From Eledone cirrhosa (taxonomy: Eukaryota): 64,000 nucleotides of DNA. Shown in pieces: positions 1 to 13,259 of this stretch; position 1 is the stretch's first letter, and each line of letters opens with the position of its first letter. The notes under the pieces are model-generated. The model was not told where the DNA came from. It saw only the letters and a program-made list of their open reading frames with translations, and made no database searches. The stretch covers positions 46,004,001 to 46,068,000 of the forward strand of contig OZ024745.1 in assembly GCA_964016885.1 (NCBI GenBank), read 5' to 3'. Made by a program: the position numbers and the translations under genes.

Positions 1-70
1 AATATTTATATATATATATATATATATATTAAAAGAATATTTCGAGTCCCGGCCTTCTGTTGTCTTTTAA

Positions 71-146
<76 letters not shown>

Positions 147-149
147 ATC

Positions 150-300
150 TATGTTTAGTCTGAGGGGTCTCTTGAAAAGCGTTCGCCTCACCACTATAGA
201 TGCACCGTAGCTGCACACCACTCGGTGAAACTACAGTCGAGACATTGAAGTAAAATTAGGTCACTTTCTATTTATTTGCTCTTCCCACTTATCATTTTAT
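150..300 (+). repeat. Diverged direct repeat, copy 1 (copy 2 at ~580-725), with a degenerate hammerhead-like motif at 167-243
   Basis: ttagtctg..ctcttgaaaagc..gatgca..ctgcacaccactcggYgaaact..aagtaaaattag..ctttctat..tttgctcttccca occurs twice; gtctc-TTGAAAA...GAAA-ctacag-TC-gagac matches the hammerhead layout but the CUGANGA is mutated. Confidence 0.55.
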
Positions 301-579
301 AAAGCTCCGACTAATAGATTTATTAAATTAATTAATTCATCGGACAAAACTGGTAATGTATGTTTGTACATATATATATATATATATATGTATCTTCTAT
401 AATGTTGCCCTATACTCCCCCACGGTTGAGTAAAAAATTAGGCAGAAATAGACTGTTTCCTCTAGTTACTCTGTTCCTCACCAATACTTTACCCTTTACA
501 ACTCTTCTGCATGACCATAAACCACGTGCTATTTTTCCCTTCAAAGATACTACTGGCATCGATCAATTCAAGGAATTCT

Positions 580-725
580 TTCTTAGTCTGTGGGCTCTCT
601 TGAAAAGCCGTTGGCCTCACGGCTATTGATGCAACATAACTGCACACCACTCGGCGAAACTGCTGTCAGGATATTAAAGTAAAATTAGATAACTTTCTAT
701 CTCTTTGCTCTTCCCATATAATTTT
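580..725 (+). repeat. Diverged direct repeat, copy 2
   Basis: Aligns with 150-300. Confidence 0.6.
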
Positions 726-1382
726 ATGTATGTATGTATGTATGTATGTATGTATGTATGTATATGACCATATGTCAGGTCACCAGTTGGTGCTTCTGGT
801 AACATGTATCCCAGTACAACCTGTCTCATGGTCGGGTCGTTGGCGACTAAACTGGCAACCCCACCAAGGTTTCTTGGTGTGGAGGGTGACTTTGGACATC
901 CTGCAGGACTAAAAACAAAACCTGTCAAAAGACAAAGGAGCTCTTAAGAGTCAATGGCCATCCAAAATCACCGGGAGAGATGACCCCTTAGCCTTTGTCA
1001 AGGCAGAATTCTAGGAGAAGGAAAACTCTGATATAACACCTGCAACCCTGATGGTATCCAATGATGTTGACTTGTTCTTCTTTTTGGTAAATATCATCTT
1101 GGTTAAGAGAGTGGGACTGGCTTTGTGCAGTGCCTTTGCTCACTATAAAAGCTTCACGGCACAGGCATTGCTTTATATCTGGAGATCTCTCTGCACTTGT
1201 TATCACATGGTACCATGGGCCCAGCACTATGTGTCAATAATTGTTACAAGTGTAGTGTTTGTACCAGACTTTTCAAGTCGCTGGCTGGACTAAAATGTCA
1301 CACTTGTTCAGCGCATCGGTTGGGGTTCTCCTACATGGATATAAAGTAGTGGCCGTACTCGAAAACGAGTTGGCAGCCACCA

Positions 1383-1868
1383 TATGACCATAGGTAAGGG
1401 TTGGCACGAATATCGAATATCGAATGGAAGATAGCGACTTTAGCTTTTACATCTACTTTCCTTCTGATTACCGAATGCTGAAGCTGGCGCATTACTGCAC
1501 GAGCTCCTGCAATTCTTGCACTTGATTAAGCCTCCTGCCTTCTATTACTCGTGAATACGATCCCGAGGTACTTGAATCTCACCATCTGCTTCGGTTGAAC
1601 TCCATTCACTTGTAGAGTACACTGCGTAGGCTTCCTTGCAAGGACGAGTGTCTCAGTTTTTGCAGCACTGATTTTCATTCTAGCCATGGTCGGTTCTGCT
1701 GCATCTGAGGCGAAAATCAGACTGTTCATCAGCTACCTTGGACTCGACAACCTCCCTGCATCTCTTTACCAAACACTTAGACTTTACCGGAGTCTTTACA
1801 AAGAGATCCCTCTATACTTGGAACAATTTCTCTTGTCTCCCTTTTTGAAAATTGGGATTATACCGCAT
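1383..1868 (-). mobile_element. RTE-clade LINE fragment, internally deleted and inverted relative to 1870-2050
   Basis: Minus-strand peptides KISAAKTETLV..QVNGVQPKQMVRFKYLGIVFT and ..FVPTLTYGH; stops and frameshifts present. Confidence 0.8.
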
Positions 1869-1869
1869 T

Positions 1870-2052
1870 GAATCTTGGGTAATGACCAAACGAATACGAT
1901 CACGAATACAAGCGGCCGAAATGGGGTTCCTCCGAAGTGTCTTTGGAGTAGCGTTACTCGATAGATTGCGTAGCTCCTAGATCAGAGAGTCACTTCAGAT
2001 AGAGCCATTACTTCTCGGAATTGAGAGATCACAGCTTCGATATTACGGACAT
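1870..2052 (+). mobile_element. RTE-clade LINE C-terminal fragment
   Basis: ESWVMTKRIRSRIQAAEMGFLRSVFGVALLDRLRSS*IRESLQIEPLLLGIERSQLRYYGH. Confidence 0.8.
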
Positions 2053-2306
2053 TACGTTAAGAGTACATGTGTCTGTGGAATGTTTGATCGAACAACTGAC
2101 GAAGGTCCATTCGAATATGAACAGATACCTATTTTTGGTCTATTTACTATTTATTTATGAATATTCTTATTTTATTAATTCTTTTCCTTGTGCACTTTAG
2201 CTGCCTATAATTCTATATAACAAGCTGTTTATATATCTATCTGTTTATATATCTATCTGTATGTCTAACTGCCAATGTATTTCTCTTTCCTTACCCACAC
2301 ATTCTG

Positions 2307-2338
<32 letters not shown>

Positions 2339-2460
2339 TACACACACTCTCTCTGTCACATATACACACACATGTGTATATATGTGACAGAGGGAGATAA
2401 AGAGGGAGAAAGAGAGAGAGAGAAAGATATACACATATATATACATATATACACATATAT

Positions 2461-2495
<35 letters not shown>

Positions 2496-2553
2496 GTCCC
2501 CCTCTGTCTCTCTCTCTATGTATATATATATATATATATATAGTGTGTATATG

Positions 2554-2598
<45 letters not shown>

Positions 2599-2630
2599 TG
2601 CGACAGAGAGAGAGAGAGAGAGAGAAGGGG

Positions 2631-2747
<117 letters not shown>

Positions 2748-2802
2748 CTCATGCCATACATACACACATCTACTTACAAACATACATTCATTCTCTTTGA
2801 AT

Positions 2803-4188
2803 ATCTGCCTCTTTCCCCCTCTCTATCTCCCTCTGTCTGTCACTGTCTCTGTCTGAATGTCTGCCCTCTACATCTCTCTCTCCCTCTCTCTCTCCCTCTC
2901 TCTCTTCCTTTCCCCCTCTCTATCTCCCTCTGTCTGTCACTGTCTCTGTCTGAATGCCTGCCCTCTACATCTCTCTCTCCCTCTCTCTCTTCCTTTCCCC
3001 CTCTCTATCTCCCTCTGTCTGTCACTGTCTCTGTCTAAATGCCTGCCCTCTACATCTCTCACTCTCTCTCTTTCACTTCCTTTCCCCCTCTCTATCTCCC
3101 TCTGTCTGTCACTGTCTCTGTCTGAATGCCTGCCCTCTACATCTCTCTCTCCCTCTCTCTCTCCCTCTCTCTCTTCCTTTCCCCCTCTCTATCTCCCTCT
3201 GTCTGTCACTGTCTCTGTCTGAATGCCTGCCCTCTACATCTCTCACTCTCTCTCTCTCTCTTCCTTTCCCCCTCTCTATCTCCCTCTGTCTGTCACTGTC
3301 TCTGTCTGAATGCCTGCCCTCTACATCTCTCTCTCTCTCTCTCCCTCTCCCTTTCCCCCTCTCTATCTCCCTCTGTCTGTCACTGTCTCTGTCTGAATGC
3401 CTGCCCTCTACATCTCTCTCTCTCTCTCTCTCTCCCTCTCTCTCTTCCTTTCCCCCTCTCTATCTCCCTCTGTCTGTCACTGTCTCTGTCTAAATGCCTG
3501 CCCTCTACATCTCTCACTCTCTCTCTCTCTCTTCCTTTCCCCCTCTCTATCTCCCTCTGTCTGTCACTGTCTCTGTCTGAATGCCTGCTCTCTATATCTC
3601 TCCCTCTCTCTATCTCTCTCTTCCTTTCCCCCTCTCTATCTCCCTCTGTCTGTCACTGTCTCTGTCTGAATGCCTGCCCTCTACATCTCTCTCTCCCTCT
3701 CTCTCTCTCTCCCTCTCTCTCTTCCTTTCCCCCTCTCTATCTCCCTCTGTCTGTCACTGTCTCTGTCTGAATGCCTGTCCACTACATCTCTCACTCTCTC
3801 TCTCTCTCTTCCTTTCCCCCTCTCTATCTCCCTCTGTCTGTCACTGTCTCTGTCTGAATGCCTGCCCTCTACATCTCTCTCCCTCTCTCTCTCTCCCTCT
3901 CTCTCTTCCTTTCCCCCTCTCTATCTCCCTCTGTCTGTCACTGTCTCTGTCTGAATGTCTGCCCTCTACATCTCTCTCTCCCTCTCTCTCTCCCTCTCTC
4001 TCTCCCTCTCTCTCCCTCTCTCTCTCCCTCTCTCTCTTCCTTTCCCCCTCTCTATCTCCCTCTGTCTGTCACTGTCTCTGTCTGAATGCCTGCCCTCTAC
4101 ATCTCTCTCTCTCTCTCTCTCTCTCTTCCTTTCCCCCTCTCTATCTCCCTCTGTCTGTCACTGTCTCTGTCTAAATGTCTGCCCTCTA

Positions 4189-4232
<44 letters not shown>

Positions 4233-6342
4233 TTTCCCCCTCTCTATCTCCCTCTGTCTGTCACTGTCTCTGTCTAAATGCCTGCCCTCTACATCTCTCT
4301 CTCCCCCTCTCTCTCTCCCTCTCTCTCTTCCTTTCCCCCTCTCTATCTCCCTCTGTCTGTCACTGTCTCTGTCTGAATGCCTGCCCTCTACATCTCTCTC
4401 TCCCTCTCTCTCTCTCCCTCTCTCTCTTCCTTTCCCCCTCTCTATTTCCCTCTGTCTGTCACTGTCTCTGTCTAAATGTCTGCCCTCTACATCTCTCTCT
4501 CCCTCTCTCTCTTCCTTTCCCCCTCTCTATCTCCCTCTGTCTGTCACTGTCTCTGTCTGAATGCCTGCCCTCTACATCTCTCACTCTCCCTCTCTCTCTT
4601 CCTTTCCCCCTCTCTATCTCCCTCTGTCTGTCACTGTCTCTGTCTGAATGTCTGCCCTCTACATCTCTCTCTCCCTCTCTCTCTACCTCTCTCTCTTCCT
4701 TCCCCCTCTCTATCTCCCTCTGTCTGTCACTGTCTCTGTCTGAATGCCTGCCCTCTACATCTCTCTCTCCCTCTCTCTCTCCCTCTCTCTCTTCCTTTCC
4801 CCCTCTCTATCTCCCTCTGTCTGTCACTGTCTCTGTCTGAATGCCTGCCCTCTACATCTCTCTCTCCCTCTCTCACTCTCCCTCTCTCTCTTCCTTTCCC
4901 CCTCTCTATCTCCCTCTGTCTGTCACTGTCTCTGTCTGAATGCCTGCCCTCTACATCTCTCTCTCCCTCTCTCTCTCTCCCTCTCTCTCTCCCTCTCTCT
5001 CTTCCTTTCCCCCTCTCTATCTCCCTCTGTCTGTCACTGTCTCTGTCTGAATGCCTGCCCTCTACATCTCTCTCTCTCTCTCTCTCTCTTCCTTTCCCCC
5101 TCTCTATCTCCCTCTGTCTGTCACTGTCTCTGTCTGAATGTCTGCCCTCTACATCTCTCTCTCCCTCTCTCTCTACCTCTCTCTCTTCCTTTCCCCCTCT
5201 CTATCTCCCTCTGTCTGTCACTGTCTCTGTCTGAATGCCTGCCCTCTACATCTCTCTCTCTCTCTCTCTCTTCCTTCCCCCTCTCTATCTCCCTCTGTCT
5301 GTCACTGTCTCTGTCTAAATGTCTTCCCTCTACATCTCTCTCTCCCTCTCTCTCTTCCTTTCCCCCTCTCTATCTCCCTCTGTCTGTCACTGTCTCTGTC
5401 TGAATGCCTGCCCTCTACATCTCTCTCTCCCTCTCTCTCTTCCTTTCCCCCTCTCTATTTCCCTCTGTCTGTCACTGTCTCTGTCTGAATGCCTGCCCTC
5501 TACATCTCTCTCTCCCTCTCTCTCTTCCTTTCCCTCTCTCTATCTCCCTCTGTCTGTCACTGTCTCTGTCTGAATGCCTGCCCTCTACATCTCTCTCTCC
5601 CTCTCTCTCTCCCTCTCTCTCTCCCTCTCTCTCTTCCTTTCCCCCTCTCTATCTCCCTCTGTCTGTCACTGTCTCTGTCTGAATGCCTGCCCTCTACATC
5701 TCTCTCTCCCTCTCTCTCTTCCTTTCCCCCTCTCTATTTCCCTCTGTCTGTCACTGTCTCTGTCTGAATGCCTGCCCTCTACATCTCTCTCTCCCTCTCT
5801 CTCTTCCTTTCCCTCTCTCTATCTCCCTCTGTCTGTCACTGTCTCTGTCTGAATGCCTGCCCTCTACATCTCTCTCTCCCTCTCTCTCTCCCTCTCTCTC
5901 TTCCTTTCCCCCTCTCTATCTCCCTCTGTCTGTCACTGTCTCTGTCTGAATGCCAGCCCTCTACATCTCTCTCTCCTTCTCTCTCTTCCTTTCCCCCTCT
6001 CTATCTCCCTCTGTCTGTCACTGTCTCTGTCTAAATGTTTGCCCTCTACATCTCTCTCTTCCTCTCTCTCGCCCTCTCTCTCTTCCTTTCCCCCTCTCTA
6101 TCTCCCTCTGTCTGTCACTGTCTCTGTCTAAATGTTTGCCCTCTACATCTCTCTCTCACTCTCTCTCGCCCTCTCTCTCTTCCTTTCCCCCCTCTCTATC
6201 TCCCTCTGTCTGTCACTGTCTCTGTCTCAATGTCTGCTCTCTACATCTCTCTCTCTCTCTCTCTCTTCCTTTCCCCCCTCTCTATCTCCCTCTGTCTGTC
6301 ACTGTCTCTGTCTCAATGCCTGCTCTCTACATCTCTCTCTCT
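2803..6342. repeat. CT-rich satellite, unit ~85-130 bp with a variable internal (CT)n
   Basis: Repeating core ttcctttccccctctctatctccctctgtctgtcactgtctctgtctgaatgcctgccctctacatc. Confidence 0.97.
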
Positions 6343-6807
6343 ACCTTTTATCTCTCTATAATCTACACACATACATTCATACATATCAACTCCATGACCA
6401 CGACACTAAATTCTCTTCTCTTTCTCTCTCATTCTTCTACTTTATTTTTCTATCCGTAAGATTCTGCTGCATCTCATTATCACCATATGTTATATATTGA
6501 TTTCTCCTCACTAAGCACAAGACCAGTTTTCACAGGAAGTGGTCATAATCGATTGAATTGAGCCTAATATATAACTGATATATGTAAATTTTTTTAACAT
6601 CAACCCTGATGGGAACTAAACCAACATTGTTTGATCCCCGTAGGACCCTTAGAGTTTACAATGATGAAACCTAGAAACTAAAAAAAGATTCAAGTTGTTT
6701 TAGTTTCTGCATTTTGTTTGTTTTTGTTTTTGTACTTTTTGCCAATTCGCAAAACCGACCATATATTAAATATTAATCCGCTTTCAATGTCTGTATTTCT
6801 CTTTTTA

Positions 6808-6877
<70 letters not shown>

Positions 6878-7255
6878 TCTCTCTCCTTCTCTCTCTCCTC
6901 TCTCTCCCTTTTTCTCTCTCCACTCTATATCTCCCCTATCTCTCTCTCTCTCATCTCTCTATCTCTCCCTCACCTCTTACTCCCTTTCTCTCTCTTACCT
7001 CTCTCTCCCAACTCCCTCCCCTCTCTATCTCTCTCCCTCTATATCACCCCTCTGTATCTATCTCTCTTTCTATCTCTCTCTCGCTCTCTCTATCTCTTTC
7101 CCTTTCCCTTGTCTTCTCTACATTCTATATATATATATATATATAAGATAATGTAATATATATATATGCTAGTGTATATGTCTGTATGTTCTATAGTCTG
7201 TATCTCTCTCTGTCTTCTCTCTCTCTATATATATATATACATATATATATATATT

Positions 7256-7457
7256 GGAAAAAGTATGACCCCGACGGCAGAGCTCAAGCCATTTCGACGG
7301 CTATTTCTGGACCCAGAAATAGGCGTCTAAACGGCTTTAGCTCTGCCGTCGGGGTCATACTTTTTCCTATTTCCCACTCTACTACCCTAAGTATTGAGTA
7401 CTCTGGTGCGTTATGGTCCATCTTGTTCCTTACCACAATTCCTTTGTTATATTTATA
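7256..7457 (+). mobile_element. Hairpin-headed non-coding element (family also at 30461 and 34928) carrying the 3' half of a hammerhead
   Basis: Inverted repeat 7256-7367 followed by a shared tail cccactctactaccctaagtattgagt..ttatggtcca..cttaccac; flanked by AT tracts. Confidence 0.75.
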
Positions 7458-7636
7458 ATTGTTTCTACTTTAGACACAAGGCCAGCAATTACCCAGTGCA
7501 TTACTGGTACTTTATTTTATCGACCCCGTATGGATGAAAGGCAAAGTCAACCTCGGCGGGATTTGAACTCAGATCGTAAAGGGACGTAACTATGCTGGAA
7601 AGCATGGCGTCCGACCCTCCACTGATACTGCCAATA
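7455..7636 (-). mobile_element. tRNA-derived SINE (octopus-type family)
   Basis: Reverse complement of the 38120-38310 copy; B-box gagttcaaatccc. Confidence 0.85.
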
Positions 7637-8551
7637 TATTTATAATATATAAATATAAAACAATCTAATATATAGATGCTAGTGTATATGTCTGTATGTT
7701 CTATCGTCTGTATCTCTCTCTGTGTCTTCTCTATACTCTCTCTCTCTCTGTATATATATATATATAGATGCTAGTGTATATGTCTGTATGTTCTATCGTC
7801 TGTATCTCTCTCTGTGTCTTCTCTACACTCTCTCTCTCTCTATATATATATATAAGACAATCTAATATATAGATGCTAGTGTATATGTCTGTATGTTCTA
7901 TCGTCTGTATCTCTCTCTGTGTCTTCTCTATACTCTCTCTCTCTCTCTGTATATATATATATATAGATGCTAGTGTATATGTCTGTATGTTCTATAGTCT
8001 GTATCTCTCTCTCTGTCTTCTCTATACTCTCTCTCTATATATATATATGTAAGACAATCTAATATATAGATGCTAGTGTATATGTCTGTATGTTCTATCG
8101 TCTGTATCTCTCTCTGTGTCTTCTCTATACTCTCTCTCTCTATATATATATATAAGACAATCTAATATATAGATGCTAGTGTATATGTCTGTATGTTCTA
8201 TCGTCTGTATCTCTCTCTCTCTTCTCTATACTCTCTCTATATATATATATAAATATATATATAAGACAATCTAATATATAGATGCTAGTGTATATGTCTG
8301 TATGTTCTATCGGCTGTATCTCTCTCTCTCTCTTCTCTATACTCTCTCTCTCTATATATATATATATATAAGACAATCTAATATATAGATGCTAGTGTCT
8401 ATGTCTGTATGTTCTATCGTCTGTATCTCTCTCTCTCTCTCTTCTCTATACTCTCTCTCTCTATATATATATAAGACAATCTAATATATAGATGCTAGTG
8501 TATATGTCTGTATGTTCTATAGTCTGTATCTCTCTCTCTGTCTTCTCTATA

Positions 8552-8614
<63 letters not shown>

Positions 8615-8688
8615 ACAATCTAATATATACAAGCTAGTGTATATGTCTGTATGTTCTATAGTCTGTATCTCTCTCTGTCTTCTCTATA

Positions 8689-8719
<31 letters not shown>

Positions 8720-8906
8720 AGACAATCTAATATATAGATGCTAGTGTATATGTCTGTATGTTCTATCGTCTGTATCTCTCTCTCTCTCTCTCTGTCTTCT
8801 CTATACTCTCTCTCTATATATATATATATAAGACAATCTAATATATAGATGCTAGTGTATATGTCTGTATGTTCTATCGTCTGTATCTCTCTCTCTCTTC
8901 TATATA

Positions 8907-8937
<31 letters not shown>

Positions 8938-9223
8938 AGACAATCTAATATATAGATGCTAGTGTATATGTCTGTATGTTCTATAGTCTGTATCTCTCTC
9001 TCTCTCTTCTCTATACTCTCTCTCTATATATATATATATATATAAGACAATCTAATATATAGATGCTAGTGTATATGTCTGTATGTTCTATCGTCTGTAT
9101 CTCTCTCTCTCTTCTATATACTCTCTCTCTCTATATATATATATATAAAACAATCTAATATATATATGCTAGTGTATATGTCTGTATGTTCTATAGTCTG
9201 CATCTCTCTCTCTCTTCTCTATA

Positions 9224-9256
<33 letters not shown>

Positions 9257-9451
9257 AGACAATCTAATATATACATGCTAGTGTATATGTCTGTATGTTC
9301 TATAGTCTGTATCTCTCTCTGTCTTCTCTATACTCTCTCTCTATATATATATATATAAGACAATCTAATATATAGATGCTAGTGTATATGTCTGTATGTT
9401 CTATCGTCTGTATCTCTCTCTCTGTCTTCTCTATACTCTCTCTCTCTCTCT

Positions 9452-9494
9452 GTAGTCCTGAAGATTTCTAACAAGAATGAAACGCGTAGATTAC
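9452..9494 (+). ncRNA. Type I hammerhead ribozyme, copy 1
   Basis: gtagtc-CTGAAGA-t-ttct-aaca-agaa-t-GAAA-cgcg-TA-gattac; stem I gtagtc/gattac; palindromic ACGCGT stem III; predicted cut after 9488. Confidence 0.85.
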
Positions 9495-9761
9495 TTCCCT
9501 TGCTTTTATCGAGAATCTAATTGTAATACGTGACGTATTCTATTCTATAGCGATTAGGTCTTCAAAATGTTTATTATAAACATACAGAATATTTTCGAAT
9601 ATTCTATGTCTATATTCACATATATATCGCTATTTCAGAGCATTTATTCCAATTTCTAATTTCTGCCGGACCGGCAACCGCTCTTTCAAACCAGTTCCTG
9701 TACACAGCTAAGTATTCTATAAGTCTCTAGCTGTGTCATTCTCGATAAAAGCACTGGATAT

Positions 9762-9804
9762 GTAGTCCTGAAGATTTCTAACAAGAATGAAACGCGTAGA
9801 TTAC
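9762..9804 (+). ncRNA. Type I hammerhead ribozyme, copy 2
   Basis: Same sequence as copy 1; stem I can extend through attctcgataaaagca/tgcttttatcgagaat. Confidence 0.85.
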
Positions 9805-10071
9805 TTCCCTTGCTTTTATCGAGAATCTAATTGTAATACGTGACGTATTCTATTCTATAGCGATTAGGTCTTCAAAATGTTTATTATAAACATACAGAAT
9901 ATTTTCGAATATTCTATGTCTATATTCACATATATATCGCTATTTCAGAGCATTTATTCCAATTTCTAATTTCTGCCGGACCGGCAACCGCTCTTTCAAA
10001 CCAGTTCCTGTACACAGCTAAGTATTCTATAAGTCTCTAGCTGTGTCATTCTCGATAAAAGCACTGGATAT

Positions 10072-10114
10072 GTAGTCCTGAAGATTTCTAACAAGAATGA
10101 AACGCGTAGATTAC
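10072..10114 (+). ncRNA. Type I hammerhead ribozyme, copy 3
   Basis: Same sequence as copy 1. Confidence 0.85.
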
Positions 10115-10234
10115 TTCCCTTGCTTTTATCGAGAATCTAATTGTAATACGTGACGTATTCTATTCTATAGCGATTAGGTCTTCAAAATGTTTATTATAAA
10201 CATACAGAATATTTTCGAATATTCTATGTCTATA

Positions 10235-10268
<34 letters not shown>

Positions 10269-10871
10269 ACAATCTAATATATAGATGCTAGTGTATATGT
10301 CTGTATGTTCTATAGTCTGTATCTCTCTCTGTCTTCTCTATACTCTCTCTCTCTCTATATATATATAAGACAATCTAATATATAGATGCTAGTGTATATG
10401 TCTGTATGTTCTATCGTCTGTATCTCTCTCTCTCTTCTATATACTCTCTCTCTATATATATATATATAAGATAACCTAATATATAGATGCTAGTGTATAT
10501 GTCTGTATGTTCTATAGTCTGCATCTCTCTCTCTCTGTCTTCTCTATACTCTCTCTCTATATATATATATATATATAAGACAATCTAATATATAGATGCT
10601 AGTGTATATGTCTGTATGTTCTATAGTCTGCATCTCTCTCTCTCTGTCTTCTCTATACTCTCTCTCTCTCTATATATATATATATAAGACAATCTAATAT
10701 ATACATGCTAGTGTATATGTCTGTATGTTCTATAGTCTGTATCTCTCTCTCTCTCTTCTCTATACTCTCTCTCTCTATATATATATATATATAAGACAAT
10801 CTAATATATAGATGCTAGTGTATATGTCTGTATGTTCTATAGTCTGCATCTCTCTCTCTGTCTTCTCTATA

Positions 10872-10902
<31 letters not shown>

Positions 10903-11095
10903 AGACAATCTAATATATACATGCTAGTGTATATGTCTGTATGTTCTATAGTCTGTATCTCTCTCTCTCTCTTCTCTATACTCTCTTTCTCTCTCTCTCT
11001 CTCTATATATATATATAAGACAATCTAATATATACATGCTAGTGTATATGTCTGTATGTTCTATCGTCTGTATCTCTCTCTCTCTCTTCTCTATA

Positions 11096-11128
<33 letters not shown>

Positions 11129-11216
11129 AATATATATAAGACAGCCTAATATATAGATGCTAGTGTATATGTCTGTATGTTCTATAGTCTGTATCTCTCT
11201 CTCTGTCTTCTCTATA

Positions 11217-11259
<43 letters not shown>

Positions 11260-11341
11260 TATATAAGACAACCTAATATATAGATGCTAGTGTATATGTC
11301 TGTATGTTCTATAGTCTGTATCTCTCTATGTCTTCTCTATA

Positions 11342-11372
<31 letters not shown>

Positions 11373-11549
11373 AGACAATCTAATATATACATGCTAGTGT
11401 ATATGTCTGTATGTTCTATAGTCTGTATCTCTCTCTCTCTTCTCTATACTCTCTCTCTATATATATATATATAAGACAATCTAATATATACATGCTAGTG
11501 TATATGTCTGTATGTTCTATAGTCTGCATCTCTCTCTCTCTTCTCTATA

Positions 11550-11582
<33 letters not shown>

Positions 11583-11658
11583 AGACAATCTAATATATAC
11601 ATGCTAGTGTATATGTCTGTATGTTCTATAGTCTGCATCTCTCTCTCTCTTCTCTATA

Positions 11659-11693
<35 letters not shown>

Positions 11694-11862
11694 AGACAAT
11701 CTAATATATAGATGCTAGTGTATATGTCTGTATGTTCTATAGTCTGCATCTCTCTGTAATTCACTATATTTCTCCTATTTCACTATTTTAATGTCTGTTT
11801 GTTTGTTTTTATCTTATTCTTCCATCAATCTCCTCCTTTCCCATCCTTCTTATCTCTTCTCA

Positions 11863-12146
11863 CCATCATCATCATCATCGTCATCATCATCATCACCACC
11901 ATCATCATCACCATCATCATCATCATCGTCATCATCATCATCACTATCATCATCATTATCATCACCATCATCATCATCATCAATATCATGAACATCATCA
12001 TCATCATCATCATCCCCTTCATCATCATCATCATCATCATCATCAATATAATCATCACCGCCACCATCATCACCATTACCATCATCATCATTACCATCAA
12101 CATCACCACTATCCTCTTCATCATCATCATCATCATCATCGTCAGT

Positions 12147-12183
<37 letters not shown>

Positions 12184-12186
12184 ACA
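11863..12186. repeat. (CAT)n followed by (CAG)n microsatellite
   Basis: Direct reading. Confidence 0.95.
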
Positions 12187-13154
12187 TTATTTCCTTCTTC
12201 TCTACTCTTCATCTCCATTGTTGCTCCTAGCGGACATTTCTCTCCCAAATGTCCGTGTATACCCACGTGATATGTTATGTCCGTAGCTGTGTGTTTATGT
12301 GTCTACGTGTAGCAAGATAAGACAATACAGCTACTTTCATATATACACACAATTATATAGGCATACATGTGCAAGTGTATATATTTGTATTTTTGATAGG
12401 GGTGTGTATGAAAGCATATATAATATGCTTATGTACAATAAACATACAAGAGTCTCGCTATAAATGTTTTAAGCTGTAATCATGTCACCCCTATATTAGT
12501 ATCCTGTATGTATTTTTAATATGTGTGCACGGTCGTTCGATCTGATAGAAATAGCATTGAAATCTCCCTCAAATTACACTAAATCTGAAAATAAAACAGG
12601 GTGGTCAGGACTGGAACGCTTTTGATTATAGATCATCGGATTTATCTGAGCTGCCCAGAGACTAAACAAAGATACCGTATTCATGTCAAAGAAGTCCAAC
12701 ACTCACTGTATATTTAAAAAATCAGAGATGGATTTCATAAGTTCAGATGCCATAAAGAGTGGGGAATCTAAAGTTTCGGGTTTTTGCTCTTCACCTGAGA
12801 GCGTGGAAAAGAGGAAAACATGGCAGGTAAGAAAGGCTTAAGGAATTCAACTGATGTGGTAAAGTGTGCGTTGATGTAGGAGGTTATTGAGAAAGCTGAG
12901 AGAGCGATGGTGTGAGTTGGTCAAAGGATTAGTAGGGTAATATTTGTTTGTTTTTCTAGAGGAAGACAGAGTGCCCATGATATTTGCAGGCCTTCTGGAA
13001 TCAGGAAGGTTGGTGCTTTTGTTGATGATAAAATTAAACGTTTGCTAGGTGAGATATAGAAAAGACAGGAACATGGTGGAACTTCCAGTGGAATGACATT
13101 CTAGGCGGAAAGGACTGGTTATAGTGGTTAGAGATTGTAAACAGAGAAGGATGG

Positions 13155-13199
<45 letters not shown>

Positions 13200-13259
13200 G
13201 GAGGAGGAGGAGGAGGAGGAGGAGGAGGAGGGGGGGTGAGGAGGGGGAGGAGGAGGAGG
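13155..13259. repeat. (GAT)n/(GAG)n microsatellite
   Basis: Direct reading. Confidence 0.95.

Larger units (their letters stand above)
9452..10238 (+). mobile_element. Retrozyme-like tandem array: 2.5 x 310-bp monomer, each with a hammerhead ribozyme
   Basis: Apparently identical units start at 9452, 9762 and 10072; inserted at the (TA)n tract of a satellite unit. Confidence 0.85.
7655..11756. repeat. Satellite, unit ~100-130 bp with nested (CT)n and (TA)n; partial unit at ~7150-7230; interrupted at 9452-10238
   Basis: Repeating taagacaatctaatatatagatgctagtgtatatgtctgtatgttctatagtctgtatc. Confidence 0.97.

Noticed and set aside
7655-11756. Conserved repeats with variable intervening sequence, superficially CRISPR-like
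   Set aside because: The intervening parts are only length-variable (CT)n and (TA)n
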